Shown in pieces: positions 19,417-32,609 of a stretch of DNA of 64,000 nt. The stretch comes from Podarcis gaigeae (Eukaryota). The stretch is from the NCBI GenBank assembly GCA_964106915.2, contig OZ066914.1. One strand, 5' to 3'. Made by a program: the position numbers and the translations under genes. The notes beneath the pieces were generated by a model. That model saw only the letters and a program-made list of their open reading frames with translations. It made no database searches and was not told the DNA's origin. Within the stretch, counting starts at the first letter, position 1. Every line of letters starts with the position of its first letter.

Positions 19417-22400
19417 CACTCTATGCAAATTAGGGTAAAGTTGCATTGAATTATATGCATCAGAAAATTTTCTGATGCCCTTGAGTGATCTAATTTAGCA
19501 TGTTTGTTGTACTTAGTAAAGAAAGTTAAAAACCCTGCAGCTACTAAAATTGCCTAATAATTACTTGTAACTAGCATCCATTTATTGTTGCTAACAAAAT
19601 GATGAAATATTCCCCCCCACTGGAAAATTACCCACCCTGCATCACTAGCCAGACCCCCCCAATTAATCATTGCATCTGTCAATTAATATCTGTCAATTAA
19701 TTGTTGTATCTTCTAACTTGGTGTTGTTCAACCTTGGGGTTCCCAGGTGTTGTTGGACTACAACTCCGAGCATTCCTGATTGGGCATGTTGAGATTTGGA
19801 GTCTAGTAACATCGGGTTGATACTGACAATCTCTCTAGCCGCAAGGTTTTTATTCTATGGTCTGCTGATTAAATGGAAAATACTTTGAAAGAATGTTCCT
19901 GTTGCTACAGTAAACACAGGGGCGAAACTAAACTTTATTTCACCTGGGTTAAAGACCCAGTTTGGCACTCCCACACACGTGCATTTGCGTACCCACACAG
20001 GTTGGGAGTCCTCTGGAGGCTTCACCCAGGGCAAAACCCTCAGCTATCCCCCCTGTAGTTATGGCATTGCTTAACATACATATTTAAGAAGTTAAAATTA
20101 GTTGCCCTTCAAAAAATGTTATATAACTACAACAGTCTGTATAGTGGTGCTTTGTAAATTGATATTTTTTTGAGGTATTAAAGCCTTTGCATTTGAACTT
20201 TACTCTTCACTTTGTCTTGAATAGCTGATTTATGAAAATCTAGAGTCACCACATCAGTGTTGCCCACAAAAAGTATGCCTTTGAAATTGTACGCAAGCAG
20301 TATGCGAGCTATTGTCTCTAAGGTTCCCTTGCAGTGCTTGTCTCCCATTTCTATTCATTTTGGTGCATGCAATACTTGTCTTTGTTCAGAGACCCAAGGC
20401 AGAAGAATAAAAACCAGCACTTTGAAACATAGATAATTTGAGTTCTGTGATTCATAAATTACCTTTTTGATCAAGGAGATCAGCTGGGAAAGGTCAAATT
20501 CATTTCTAACTTCTCATCCTTGTGCCTGTTCAATTCTAATGTTGTAATTCTAATCTAGTTTTATAGATGAAGCTATACATTTGAGGTTTTGATGAGTACA
20601 TACAGTACTGTGAAAAGCTTCACAGCTTTCCCTTGATACATAGAGGATTCCCAGCCACTAAGCTAAATTACCCAAAAAAAACAACATACACACTTTGAAA
20701 TCTCAACTCGTAACTTTACATTGATCTTCTAATGAAGGATGGTATAGAAATTTGATAAATAATAAAAGAGTAGGGGTGAGGGACCTCTGGTCTGCAGACC
20801 AAGCTTTGTCTGTCAGGGATCCCAGTTTGACCCATAAGGCTGTTTTCCCCCAACCACATCCACTTACCCCACACCTGACATCATAAGTGACATAATGTAA
20901 ACCTCTGAGAGCTCAAAGTGATCTCTCAGTTGTTCTTTATTTGCAGTTCCTTGCTCTAAGTGGCGAAAGCTGTTTCCATTGAAACCAGTGCTAAAGCCTA
21001 ATGTTCTGATTAATTTTGCATCCAGTGTTGTTTCCCAAAGAATATTGTTAGCAGTTAAGTGAAAGATCAAAGATCTGGGCAGAGTTTGCTAGATCAAAAT
21101 GAAAAAGAAAAACCCTGCACACAATAGAAGCTTCAGTGTTTAGTTTGCAAGTTAAAATAATTGGTCCTGCTAAAGAAAGTGGTTATTTTGCCATCAAGCT
21201 AAGTAGAAGATTTCTTAATTGAAATCCCAACATAAAAAGAGTTATTAGCACATGCTTGAGTGCATATATTAAAATATCTGCACTAATTTTTTTTGTTCTG
21301 GACAAAACACTGAGGGATTTTGAGATCAGAAAAAGGCGTCCTACTTTTCCTGATTTTCTCAGAAGCTTGTATGACTGTAAGTTAAAACAAATTTATGATA
21401 CAACAGTTATCAGCTATGATAGCTAACACAAACCACTGTGTTTAGAGAGGGAATATGAATTCTGGATACTGAAGGACCACTATACAAAATGGTCATCACT
21501 ATTGTATCTTGCTTCTGGACTTCCAGAGCGTATATGGCAATACTAAATTATGCAAGAAAATTATTTAAGTGACTGCCTTTCAGGGTCTTTCACATATATT
21601 ACCAGCACTATTACTTTGGGGGTAAGAATTTAGATGTCTAGGGGGGGCCTTCATTTATGGAGAAATGTTGATATTTCAAGCAGTATTGACATTAGTGTGG
21701 AATTGCTTTTGCCACCATGGTTAAGTTTTGAAAATCTAGATCCTTTCATTCAAAGCCAGCAACATTTGTACCAGTGCAGATCTGTGGCATGTGGGACCCT
21801 CAGGGGTAGGGAGAAATTTCCCCTGACCATTACGAGCAAGTTTGTCACAGAAGATGTTAGAAGACCCCTATGCAAGATTGCTCTTCTCGGTGTGCTAAGA
21901 GGGGTGAGAAAACATTTTGGTACAGAGGGGCATGTGATTATTACTTCTAGCTTGAACAACCCCTGCCTGTGCAAGAACAAGAATTACTGTTTTCAAGGAT
22001 GTGTGGTTCAAGCTCATTTTACTGTTTTTATAGCAGAAAGGGACAAAGTATTAGAGATGCTATAGGGCAGTTCAAACAGATGAGCATAGTGTAACGTGGC
22101 CTCAGACTGACTTGGAGCCAAGTTTTAAGGGGTGGATGGCCTTTGTATTGTACTGTTGCCAGGTTCTTTCTCATGACTGAGATATATTTAGGTTGTCCTA
22201 AAAAGTTAGCCTAATCCTGAACAGCTTGCAAGCTATGATCGTCCTTGTGTTACATTTTGATTTAATGAGCAAGATCCAACTGCGACGTCCTACTTGCGCA
22301 ACAGCCTTCTACTTGCCAAATGGGACTTGCCCTTCCTCTTCTCCCCGTAAGCCTTCAACTCCCCAATCAGCTCCAGAAATCCTGGAGAACCCTCTGGAGC

Positions 22401-22535
22401 AGATTGGAGGGCTTCAGGGAAAGGAGATGGGGCAGCCCTCTGCCTTGATGCTGGATCTTCCACATTATTATTTAGATAAATGATAAATTACTTTGTTAAG
22501 CATGGGCTAATTCTAATAAATTTAAATCATTGCAG

Positions 22536-22685
22536 GCATTTGACTTCTTGGGAAATTTTGTTGAGCAAGGCCCCTCTGCTTCAAGTACCTGGAACACACT
22601 GTGTTTTTTCAAGAAGAACTTTCTTCAACTTTACTTCACCATTAGGGAACAAAAGGAAAGAATATTCAGAAAGAAGAATTATAGG
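22536..22685 (+). CDS. COQ10B: COQ10B exon 2
   Basis: tgcAG acceptor; RRTFFNFTSPLGNKRKEYSERRIIG; GT donor. Confidence 0.92.
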
Positions 22686-24113
22686 GTTTGTATACAAATA
22701 AGTAGAATTACAGTTGTATATGAATTCATGGTGTTGATTTGCATGACCAAATTTTGATCAATGTTTCAACTTCTATTGGTTTTGCCCAAGATGTGTTTAC
22801 TTAAAATTGATTCAAGTCTTATTTATTTGTGAATTACTTCATTCTCAGTCTTTGAAGAATTCACGTTTCACAGATAGTCACATTATGAGGCAAACATGGG
22901 ACTCCCATCTCTCTCTTTGCTGCATAATTTTTTGTATGAGGATGCTGCATAATTTTTTGCATGGGGATGGGGATCTTCACTGAGATCATGTTGTCTAATT
23001 TAAAAGCAAATATATTGTACAGTGCAGTTTAGAAAGTACATGGTGTGCTTAAATTAGGTGCACCGTATAGTGTCATATTGTCACGCCAGTACACATGTCA
23101 ACTTTTTTTACTAATTTGGAAGGCAAGGGTATTTAACAAATTTGATGAAGCTATTATGTTTTGCGCCCGTGCTAGGGTTTTTCTGGCTCATCATCCCCTT
23201 GTATCCATGGAAACCTGCTCTTCAGAATGGGGTTTTTTTGGGAACAGCACAGAATACAGGTTTGGAGGGCTGCAGAGAGAGAATATAATTGTCCAACTGG
23301 AAGTTGTTTTCTCCGTGTGCAAAGTATCTTTTGGATCCAAACCACAGAATGGCTCTTTGCCTTAAGTTATAAAAACTGTTACACTGTTTAGAAACAGTTA
23401 AGCAGTATTCATGTTTACAGTGAAAGGATTCCCATACATAAGTAGGTTACCGTAGTTAAGTTGCTGAAGCGTGTATTTCTGTGTTAATAATTTGCAGAGC
23501 TGTACTGGCAATATTAATTTTGGTAGAAATTGCTATGCTGTTACAATGTGGCTTGAAGTGTAAAAATAAATCCCTTGAGTCAAATAACACCACAGAGTGA
23601 AGGAGACTCTTACGGACGTTTACATGGAAGTAATTAAGCTTCACTGAATACAGTGGAGTTTCTTCTGAGTACATTCATAGGATTGTGCTGTAAAACAGGT
23701 TTGAGCCTCATTTAACTCCTATGGAAATGAATGGAAAAGTGAAAATACCAAACACTTAAGGTAACCGTGGTCCACTGTATGCTCAGAAATTTCTCAAAGT
23801 AGGATAGGGAAAGCCTTAGCGTTTTGCTTTTATCATAAAATAAACTTTAGTTGGGTCAAGAAAACTGGAGTAGTTTTTTGTTTTTTTTAAGTGTGTGTAC
23901 CAAAACTTTATATATATAAATGTTAAAAGGCTACAGGAGCTAGTGGGACCCCAAAGAAAAATGTTACCTGCCCTTCCTACAAGGTGCTCAGGTTAGCACA
24001 CATATTTCTTCATCCTCCATTCATTTTTATCTTCCCAGCTGCCCTGTGAGGTAGGCTCATGTGTGTGTGTGTAAGAGATACATTTTATGACTGAAGAGCT
24101 CAAGCATAGGAAA

Positions 24114-24259
24114 CAGTGGCGTAGCGTGGGGGGTGCAGGGGGGCCGGCCGCACCGGGTGCAACATCTGGGGGTTAGGGTTAGGGGGTGCAAATCCACGGG
24201 TTAGGGGGCACAAACTACTTGCCTTTTCCCGGGTGCTGACAACCCACGCTATGCCACTG
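24114..24259. mobile_element. hAT MITE with TTAGGG units (second copy 31728-31839)
   Basis: CAGTGGCGTAG...CTA(C/T)GCCACTG TIRs; 8-bp TSDs ataggaaa and agt(g/t)cag-type. Confidence 0.85.
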
Positions 24260-24340
24260 ATAGGAAAGCACAAAAATGATGCATGACTTGGTCATTTGAA
24301 TACTGCTTGTGATACTAAGTTCCGCTTTTCTTGTTGTCAG

Positions 24341-24533
24341 GTATTCTATGCAAGAAATGTATGATGTGGTAGCAGTTGTAAGTGAATACAAGAACTTTGT
24401 GCCATGGTGCAAAAAGTCAGATGTGTTATCCAAGCGCTCAGGATATTGCAAGGCACACTTAGAAGTTGGATTTCCTCCTGTGATGGAGAAATACACTTCG
24501 GTTTGTACGCTAGTGAGACCTCATTTGGTTAAG
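24341..24533 (+). CDS. COQ10B: COQ10B exon 3 (START/polyketide-cyclase domain)
   Basis: [26 protein letters not shown]...[13 protein letters not shown]...PHLVK; AG/GT boundaries. Confidence 0.95.
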
Positions 24534-25245
24534 GTAATGATTTTTTTTAAGCACCTTGTGTTGTATAATTGCTTGCAGCTTTCCTGCCATTCTATTATAT
24601 GTAGACAGATGTGCTTGTTCAATACAGAATTAACATACTCCAGAAATTGCTACCTCCCCACCCAGTTTTTGTTTTAAGGTATGGGTTCTGTATACAGAAC
24701 AGAAGTGCAATAAATAATGCACTTATTTTGCATTAATGCATTATTTTGTTTTTATATCTGCTGAAAAGAAATCTGAAGCTAGTAAGCTGAACGTACATTG
24801 CCAGTTTTCTCTAGTATAAGACATACTTGTAGAGATTCTTCAAAAACTTGCAGCAGCTCCCTTCAGTTTCATTGGGTTGGATCCTATTTGTCTTTTCTGT
24901 GAACAGCACTTGAATCCAACAGAGGCTCCTCTTCTTTGCTTATTTTTCAGCGCAGATGGCATTGTTAAGAACTTTTTAAGTGGAGATGCTAGAGTTTGAA
25001 TGTGGGACCCCCACTGATCCATGGTCTCTACCCATACCTTTGAGACTTTTACTTTCCCCTCCTGCTTCTCCGGGTTTAAAAAGGAAGCACTCTTTCTAAC
25101 ATTATGAAATAACAAATGAGAGATTATGGATTTTATTCTGGTCTTGTAGTTCTAGTTTATGTGGAAGCCGAAATAAGTTGAACATCTAGGTCTGAGGGTT
25201 TTGAATCCAATACAAAAGTGTTAAAATGGTTAACCTTTCTCCTAG

Positions 25246-25347
25246 GCATCATGCACAGATGGAAAACTATTTAACCATCTGGAAACAGTGTGGCGCTTCA
25301 GTCCAGGAATCCCTGGCTATCCAAGAACGTGTACCTTGGATTTTTCA
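25246..25347 (+). CDS. COQ10B: COQ10B exon 4
   Basis: [34 protein letters not shown]; cctAG / GTAAGT. Confidence 0.95.
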
Positions 25348-26069
25348 GTAAGTATGAGAATAAGCCTTCCAAGCTCTTCAGACTACCGAAATATACCTTT
25401 AAAGCCATAACAAGCTGTGCTTGCATGTCACACTAAACTATAGTTTAAGGCAGGGACAGCCAGCATGTTGCACAGTAGATGTTGTTGGACTACAACTCCC
25501 ATTAACCCAGCCAGCCTCGCTGATGGTGAGGGATGAAGGAGTTGTAGTCAGACAACAGCTGCCGGGCACCATGTTGACTACCCCTGGTTTAGTAAGGTGT
25601 GGAAGAGCAGGAATGAGATGCAATGAACCTCAGATTTGTGCACTTCCTTCTTCTCCCTGCTGCATGATTGTGTGGGGTTTAGAAGCTTTTGCTTAACTGC
25701 CGTTTGTTAAGTCACCCAAATCAACAAACTCTGGTTAACACTGACTGTGATTTGACATTAGCTTTTTCAGAACTAACCATGGTTGTTGAAGCTTGGCTTG
25801 TTTAAACTAACCATAGTTAGGACCTGACCCGGAACTATAGTTAGATGACGTGATAAGCCAGGGATATTGCTAGGGAGTTAAAAAGACTGGGGCCCAAGCC
25901 CATGACACAAATTTGCTTGATAATTTGTGTGATAATTTCTGTGTAAAGAAACAAATTTAGATGGCATACATTAGTACAGCTAGGCGATTTTTGTCAACCT
26001 AGTTTATGTAAATCATAGCCCCATCTTGATTACTCAGGAATACAGATTTTGTTTGGGAAACATATAATA

Positions 26070-26671
26070 CAGTGGCACCTTGGTTCTCAAACTTAATCCG
26101 TTCTGGAAGTCCGTTCCAAAACCAAAGTGTTCCAAAACCAAGGCATGCTTTCCCATAGAAAGTAATGCAAAATGGATTAATCCATTCCAGACTTTTAATA
26201 ACCCCTAAAGCAGCAATTTTACTATCTAACGAGACAATTGATCCATAAAATGAAAGCAATAATCAATGTACTGTATTATAAAATAAGACAATTTCCCCTG
26301 TACCTTCACTGATAATAGTCATTGTTTGGATGGGGGGCTTTTATCCATTCTGCAGTCACATAATCAATAAACCTGTAGCTGAACTGGGTTCCACAGAGTC
26401 ACAAAAACAAATTAACTGAAAAAGCCTCAAAAACAAAAACGCAAAATAAATAGCAAAAACAAAAATGCCAAACTTAATCCGTTCCAAAAGTCCATTTGAC
26501 TTCCAAAATGTTCGAAAACTAAAGCACAACTTCTGATTGGTTCAGGCGCCCCAGAAACAATAGCCGACAGCTGCATCAGGCGTTCGGCTTCCGAAAAACG
26601 TTCGAAAACTGGAACACTTCCGGGTTTTCAGAGTTTGAGTACCAAGGTGTTTGAAAACCAAGGTACCATTG
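26070..26671. mobile_element. Tc1/mariner non-autonomous element, same TIR class, different interior
   Basis: ta|cagtggcaccttgg...ccaaggtaccattg|ta. Confidence 0.8.
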
Positions 26672-26971
26672 TATATTTTTTAAAAGAAAAGTAGCAATAC
26701 GTACATGCCTAGTCAGCTGTCTCCCAACGATAGAGTGTTTTAAAAAATAAGAGAGGATGATGCAGTGACCACTGTCACGGGGCCTGTTTGCCCCTATCCC
26801 CCATTTTCTCCTGTTCTGTGGTGTTCATTTTGGAGAGGCTGGACCTCTAAGTGCAGCTCTAGTACCACTTCTGTTCCTGTGTGCTGCAGCATGTCCCCAG
26901 TTGCCCTGTAAGCCAAAAAGATTTTTCTATAAAGTTGCGAATGGGGAAGCGATTTGAGGCCCAGTACAAAA

Positions 26972-27321
26972 GACGCGGGTGGCGCTGTGGGTTAAACCAC
27001 AGAGCCTAGGGCTTGCCGATCAAAAGGTCGGCAGTTCGAATCCCTGCTATGGGGTGAGCTCCCATTGTTCAGTCCCTGCTCCTGCCCACCTAGCAGTTTG
27101 AAAGCACGTCAAAGTGCAAGTAGATAAATAGGTACTGCTCCGGCGGGAAGGTAAACGGCGTTTGCATGCGCTGCTCTGGTTCGCCAGAAGCGGCTCAGTC
27201 ATGCTGGCCACATGACCTGGAAGCTGTACACCAGCTCCCTCGGCCAATAAATTGAGATGAGTGCCACAAGCTCAGAGTCATCCGCGACTGGACCTAATGG
27301 TCAGGGGTCTCTTTACCTTTT
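26972..27321 (+). mobile_element. Sauria SINE
   Basis: gacgcgggtggcgctgtgggttaaacc head, GGTTCGAATCC-like B box, (ACCTTT) tail, TSD tacaaaagac. Confidence 0.88.
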
Positions 27322-28417
27322 TACAAAAGACCTGGGGTTCTGGCTTTCAAGGTCACCCCTTATTACCTGTGTGCCACAATGTGGTTAATCAAAGGAGAAG
27401 TGAAAGCTTCCAAACTCCATGGGAGGAGGGGAGCACAAGCCTGATACTTGCAGTTTAGTACAATGTGCAAATGTCGTCAGTGTGTTGCTCCCAACTGTGT
27501 TTATTTTAATTAAAGAAACCAAAAACGACCTGAATTCTAAACATGCTTTTTAAACGTGTATATATAAACATAAATTATTATAAACTTTAAAGTTTTCTTT
27601 CTGCTAGGGGTGGCATGTGAAATATCTTCACTTCAAATGTGTTTATCTTCATATTATGAAAGAATGCTGATTTCTAAATAGCTTTGAATACACTTGGGGT
27701 ACTGGAAAACTCTTAATCGCGCTTTCCTTCATGAAGCAATTCAACACCATTGTTTGTGTTGTTTCTAGCTTATCATTCAAACTTAGTTTGTTTTTCAATT
27801 ATTATTTTTTCAGAAGAAAGATGGATTCTCATTTGTTACTACTAATTTCGGGCACACCAAAGAGCTTGCAGATTTTTCCTCTTTCAACAGCAGATCTTTC
27901 ATGCCTCCTTCCACTATGTTTCTGAAAGTCCCTTTAGTTTCCAAATGGTATGTCATGTAGTAAGAGGAAGAGGGCTGACTGCTGTAAGTCCCTTGGACTT
28001 GTAGAACCAACCCTGCCCATATATTGTTCATTCTAAGGAAAAGTGCAAGAAAGCATGTGTCAGATAGCACTGACGAAAGTTAGTCCCAAGAACCTACTCC
28101 TATGGTTCATGGGTGTAGAGTTTTCTTATGGTTCGGAGGGAGCCTTGGGGCTCTTATAGAGGGTGTGATCCAGCATCACACCAGAGAGCATGATGGGATT
28201 GTCCTCCCTCCCTCCTGCAGTCCCACCCCAACTCAGTTTTCTCCAGAAGATCCCTCCAACCTTCAGGAGCAGATTTGGGGTGGGTGCAAGTGGCTTCAGA
28301 GGGGGAGAATGTTCATTATTTTTGTTCAATTGAAAATCGGTTCAATCAGTCGTTTTATTTGTATGTACGCTCCCTTTCAGAAATTAAAACCATGCTCAAG
28401 GCGGCTTGCAACATATA

Positions 28418-28966
28418 CCGTATTTTTCACCCTATAGGATGCACTTTTTCCCCTCCAAAAATGAAGGGGAAATGTGTGTGCGTCCTATGGGGCAAATGCA
28501 GGCTTCAGGAATCTATCTGCAAGCCTGTGGAGCTCGGCGGGAACTCCCGCGGGCTCCGAAGGCTTGCGGATAGCTGCCTGCAGCCCAAAGCCTGGCGAGC
28601 GCAGCACTGTGCACTCCAGGCTTAGGGGAGCTATCCGCAAGCCTGCGGAGCCCGTGGGAGTTCCCGCCGGGCGCCACAGGCTTGCGGATAGCTGCCCTAA
28701 GCCCGGGATGTGCGGTGGGCTACAGCGCTGCGCTCCCCGGGCTTCGGATAGCAGCAAGCTCCGGGAGCGATGGCGAGGTTGAGCGATGGAGAGGTTGAGC
28801 CATCGTTCCCGGACCTGTTCTGGGGGCTGGGGTCAGGGGAATCCCGATTTTCCCCCACCCCCAGCCTGGCAAGCTCGGGGGGGAAAATAATTTTATTTTT
28901 CTTTATCCCCACCCCCAAATAAGTGCACCCTATGGGCCGGTGCGCCCTATAGGGCGAAAAATACAG
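28418..28966. mobile_element. Tc1/mariner non-autonomous element with a GC-rich palindromic interior
   Basis: ta|ccgtatttttcaccctatagg...cctatagggcgaaaaatacag|ta. Confidence 0.8.
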
Positions 28967-31900
28967 TAAAAAATTGCATGATTACAAACATAACAAAAGT
29001 AGTCATAAACAATAAATAAATTTATCAAGAAGTACACAACCAAATTGAACCGTTTCCTCATAAATCATAAATTTAACAGCAATAAGAGCAACAAACCACG
29101 CCCTAAACAAATTTCCTAAACAATACCCCTGCCCAGGGGCCAGGAAACTTTGTCAGCAGGGGGCCAGTCCACTGTCCCTCAGACCTTATCGGGGGTCGGA
29201 TTATATATATTTTTTAAATATGAACAAATTCCATTGCCCCACAAATAACCCAGAGATGCATTTTAAATAAGAGCACACGTTCTACTCATGTAAAAACACG
29301 CTATTCCCAGACCATCTGCGGGCCGGATTTAGAAAGCGATTGGGCCGGATCCAGCCCCCGGGCCTTCGTTTGCCTACCCATGCCCCAGCCCAAGAGTCTG
29401 TTTAGCAGCCTCAGCTCTTTTAGGTGGAGTCAGTCAGGGCTCGCCGTCCCAGGTCAGGTGGAAAAAGGCCTCAAGGCAGGAAGCAGGTCTTCTAGGACTT
29501 GTGGCCAAGAGAATACCAAGGTTGGCTGTCACTCAGTGAAATGACAGGCTTTTCCTCATATCCTGATGTTGCTGCCTTGAATGTTGTTGTTATTACCCCA
29601 CCCATCTGGCTGGGTTGCAATGAAATTGTCCAGACTGGTCACACTGGTATCTAACCTAGTAGGACTATTGTAAATTTTATATCACAGGCCTCATAATAAA
29701 TAAACCTAAGTAGTATATTTTTCATGGATTTCTTCCTGGAGTCTATAAACCTATTAATAAACCATTACACTTTTACATGAACAGTCCAAAAGTTCTGCTA
29801 ACACCTGCCATTAACTCCCTAGCTTCCTTTTTTTTGTTCCTCTTTTTAAAAAGGAGCACAGCTTGCATGATGAGATCATTTCTGCAACTTGAGAATTTGT
29901 TTAATTTCTTTTTAGCTACATTGGTTTGAGAATTGCCATGCAAGTTCAAACTAGTGAAAACCAAACTGTTGCAAACAGTTCATTTATCCAGGGGCTGTTT
30001 TTGAGTTCTTCCACATTTTAAATCTAATCACCTAGTGCAACCCCCTGGAACGCAGGAATCTTTGGCCCAATGTGGGGCTGGAATCCACAACCCTGAGATT
30101 AAGAGTCTCATGTTATCCCTTCACTTTGGGTATTCTGACTTTTTGTCAAAGTTTAATAAGAATTAATGTGCGTATGCACGCTCAGTCACACTTTCTTTCC
30201 AATTCTGGTGCTTCTGAAAGTCTGTAACTGCTGTTTGCAACATTTAAAACAACAGCAACAGCCTTATTTTTACAAACCATCTTCAAACCTTGCCAGGAAG
30301 GAAGTGAAGCAGGTGGCTATTCTATAGCACGTCCCGATCCTTCATACTTTCTGCAAATTAGTTGAACCTTCTTAATAAACTGGGTGGACAGTGTATTTTT
30401 TGTTGTGTTCAGTTAGCACTTGCACAAACTGCTCTTGGCTCAGATAAATTTAGGATGAAATTGAATGTTACATTGGCAACCCCATCTTTCCTTGTCTGCC
30501 TGTAACACTAATGTAAAGACTGAGAGTGGTTGCAGCTGCAAATAGGTGATCAGAAGCAGGGTCCTCAATTCTAATCCTGCCCTGCTGATAGTCCCCCACC
30601 CCCCAAAAAGTGTGTGTTCCAGCTAGGCTCTGCACTTAAGAAAAACTGCTGTGAAGAATCAGCATGGGAAGGGTTTTTTAAAACCCTCTTATCAGTGCCC
30701 CTGACCCGCTCCACCCAATTATCTCAGCACACAAACTTGTGCTTGCTGTGATAATTCTAGTTCTGCCTTCACATACGTACATGATTGCATAGAATTGCAG
30801 ATTTGGCTGCAAACCTTTTGAGTGGTTCTACCAGAATAAATCCCAAGCAGTTTTTTAGACATTGCTACCATAGTCTGGTATGAAGAGGGAAATATTCAAT
30901 GATTCTAGTCATCATATTCCTTGCTCTGCTGAATTTCCACAGCAACCCACCACAACCAGCAGAATAAGGGAGGGATTTCTAGCCAAAAGCTTTCCAATTA
31001 ACTCCCCCCCCCGCCCATTTTTGGGATTCCACTTTTTAAATATTTTATTTGCTATAGTTTAGGATTATGCCCAAATACAGTAACTGAACCTCTTGAAAGC
31101 TTACTAATTAATGTTTCGTTGTTTTCAATTTGATTTTGTAATGACTGACTGAAGTGAGGCAGTAGATAACAGCAGACTCTGTTGAAGACAAATATGACTA
31201 TATATATCTGCATGGGAATGGGATCAATCCTGCCCATTCCACCTAATTGCTCACATGGTGGATATCCTTTTGGAATTGGCCTCCTTAGAGATCTGATCTT
31301 AATTGTCATTAATTATAAATAGTAATGATCTAATGGATCTGGCCAAACCCATAGGGCTATGTAGAGCCCAATTTCAGATCTCCACGATCCCTTTTCCAAT
31401 CTGTTACATCTGCACAGGTTTGTGAGGTGCATACCCTGTACTCAGAGCAGCTTATGAACAGCTTGATTTTATTTATTAAGCCACACAGATTAAAACCAAG
31501 AGGAAAAGGTATAATTCAAAGCATCCCACCCACTTCTAAAAGGCCAGATATCTAAAGGCCAAAGGCCTGATTACAGCGGAACATTTTGCCTGGTGCCTAA
31601 AGACCCCCTGAACCTCTCACTTCTTTAAGAGTCATGTCCTTAATAGGCATGCATTCTCAGTAACTTCATGCATATCCTTAATGTGTAGTTTTGGTTGCAA
31701 CCACGTGTTGTAACATGACAGTGGCAGCAGTGGCGTAGTGTGGGGGGTGCAGGGGGGGGGACGGCCGCAACATCTGGGGGTTAGGGGGCGCAAATTACTT
31801 GCCTTGCCCTGGGTGCTGACAACCCACGCTACGCCACTGAGTGTCAGTAGTGGAATTACTTTTGTTTCATTTATTGAAAAAGTGACTGGTTTAATTCCTG

Positions 31901-32438
31901 TATCGGCAGAAACGTGGTGCGCAGCAGTTTTGTTTTCTTGTCAGATCTTAAAATTTCAGCCTATATAAATTCTTTTATTGGTGAAATTCAGCTCTTAAGT
32001 GGTGACGCTTATGCAAGTAAAACACCATCCACAAAAAGGTATTAGGAGACCTGAGGGTAACTCAGAAGACTGCCCAAATACAGAAAATCAAACAAAAAGA
32101 GAAACTTACTCCACACTGAAGTGTTTTGTGTTTACATTGGTATGTGGCTGTTGGCACCTAAATTCAATATGCACAGAAAAGGTAAGTGGAAGGCAAAATG
32201 CAAAGAGCTACAGCTAAAACCTTTTTCTGTACAAGGGGGTTTCATTAGCTGCAAGTTGAGGGAGGCTATCATGATAAGATGCAGCCAAGAGGAAAATACC
32301 CAGAGGAACTTAGTATGGTTCCATAATTGCCTTGAATATATCCACAAAGTTCTTTGGTCCTTTGATGAAATGGATGCAGGAAAGAATGGGCCTAGCCATC
32401 TTTTTGTGAGTGACTGACACAACTTACCTTTGTTTTAA

Positions 32439-32609
<171 letters not shown>

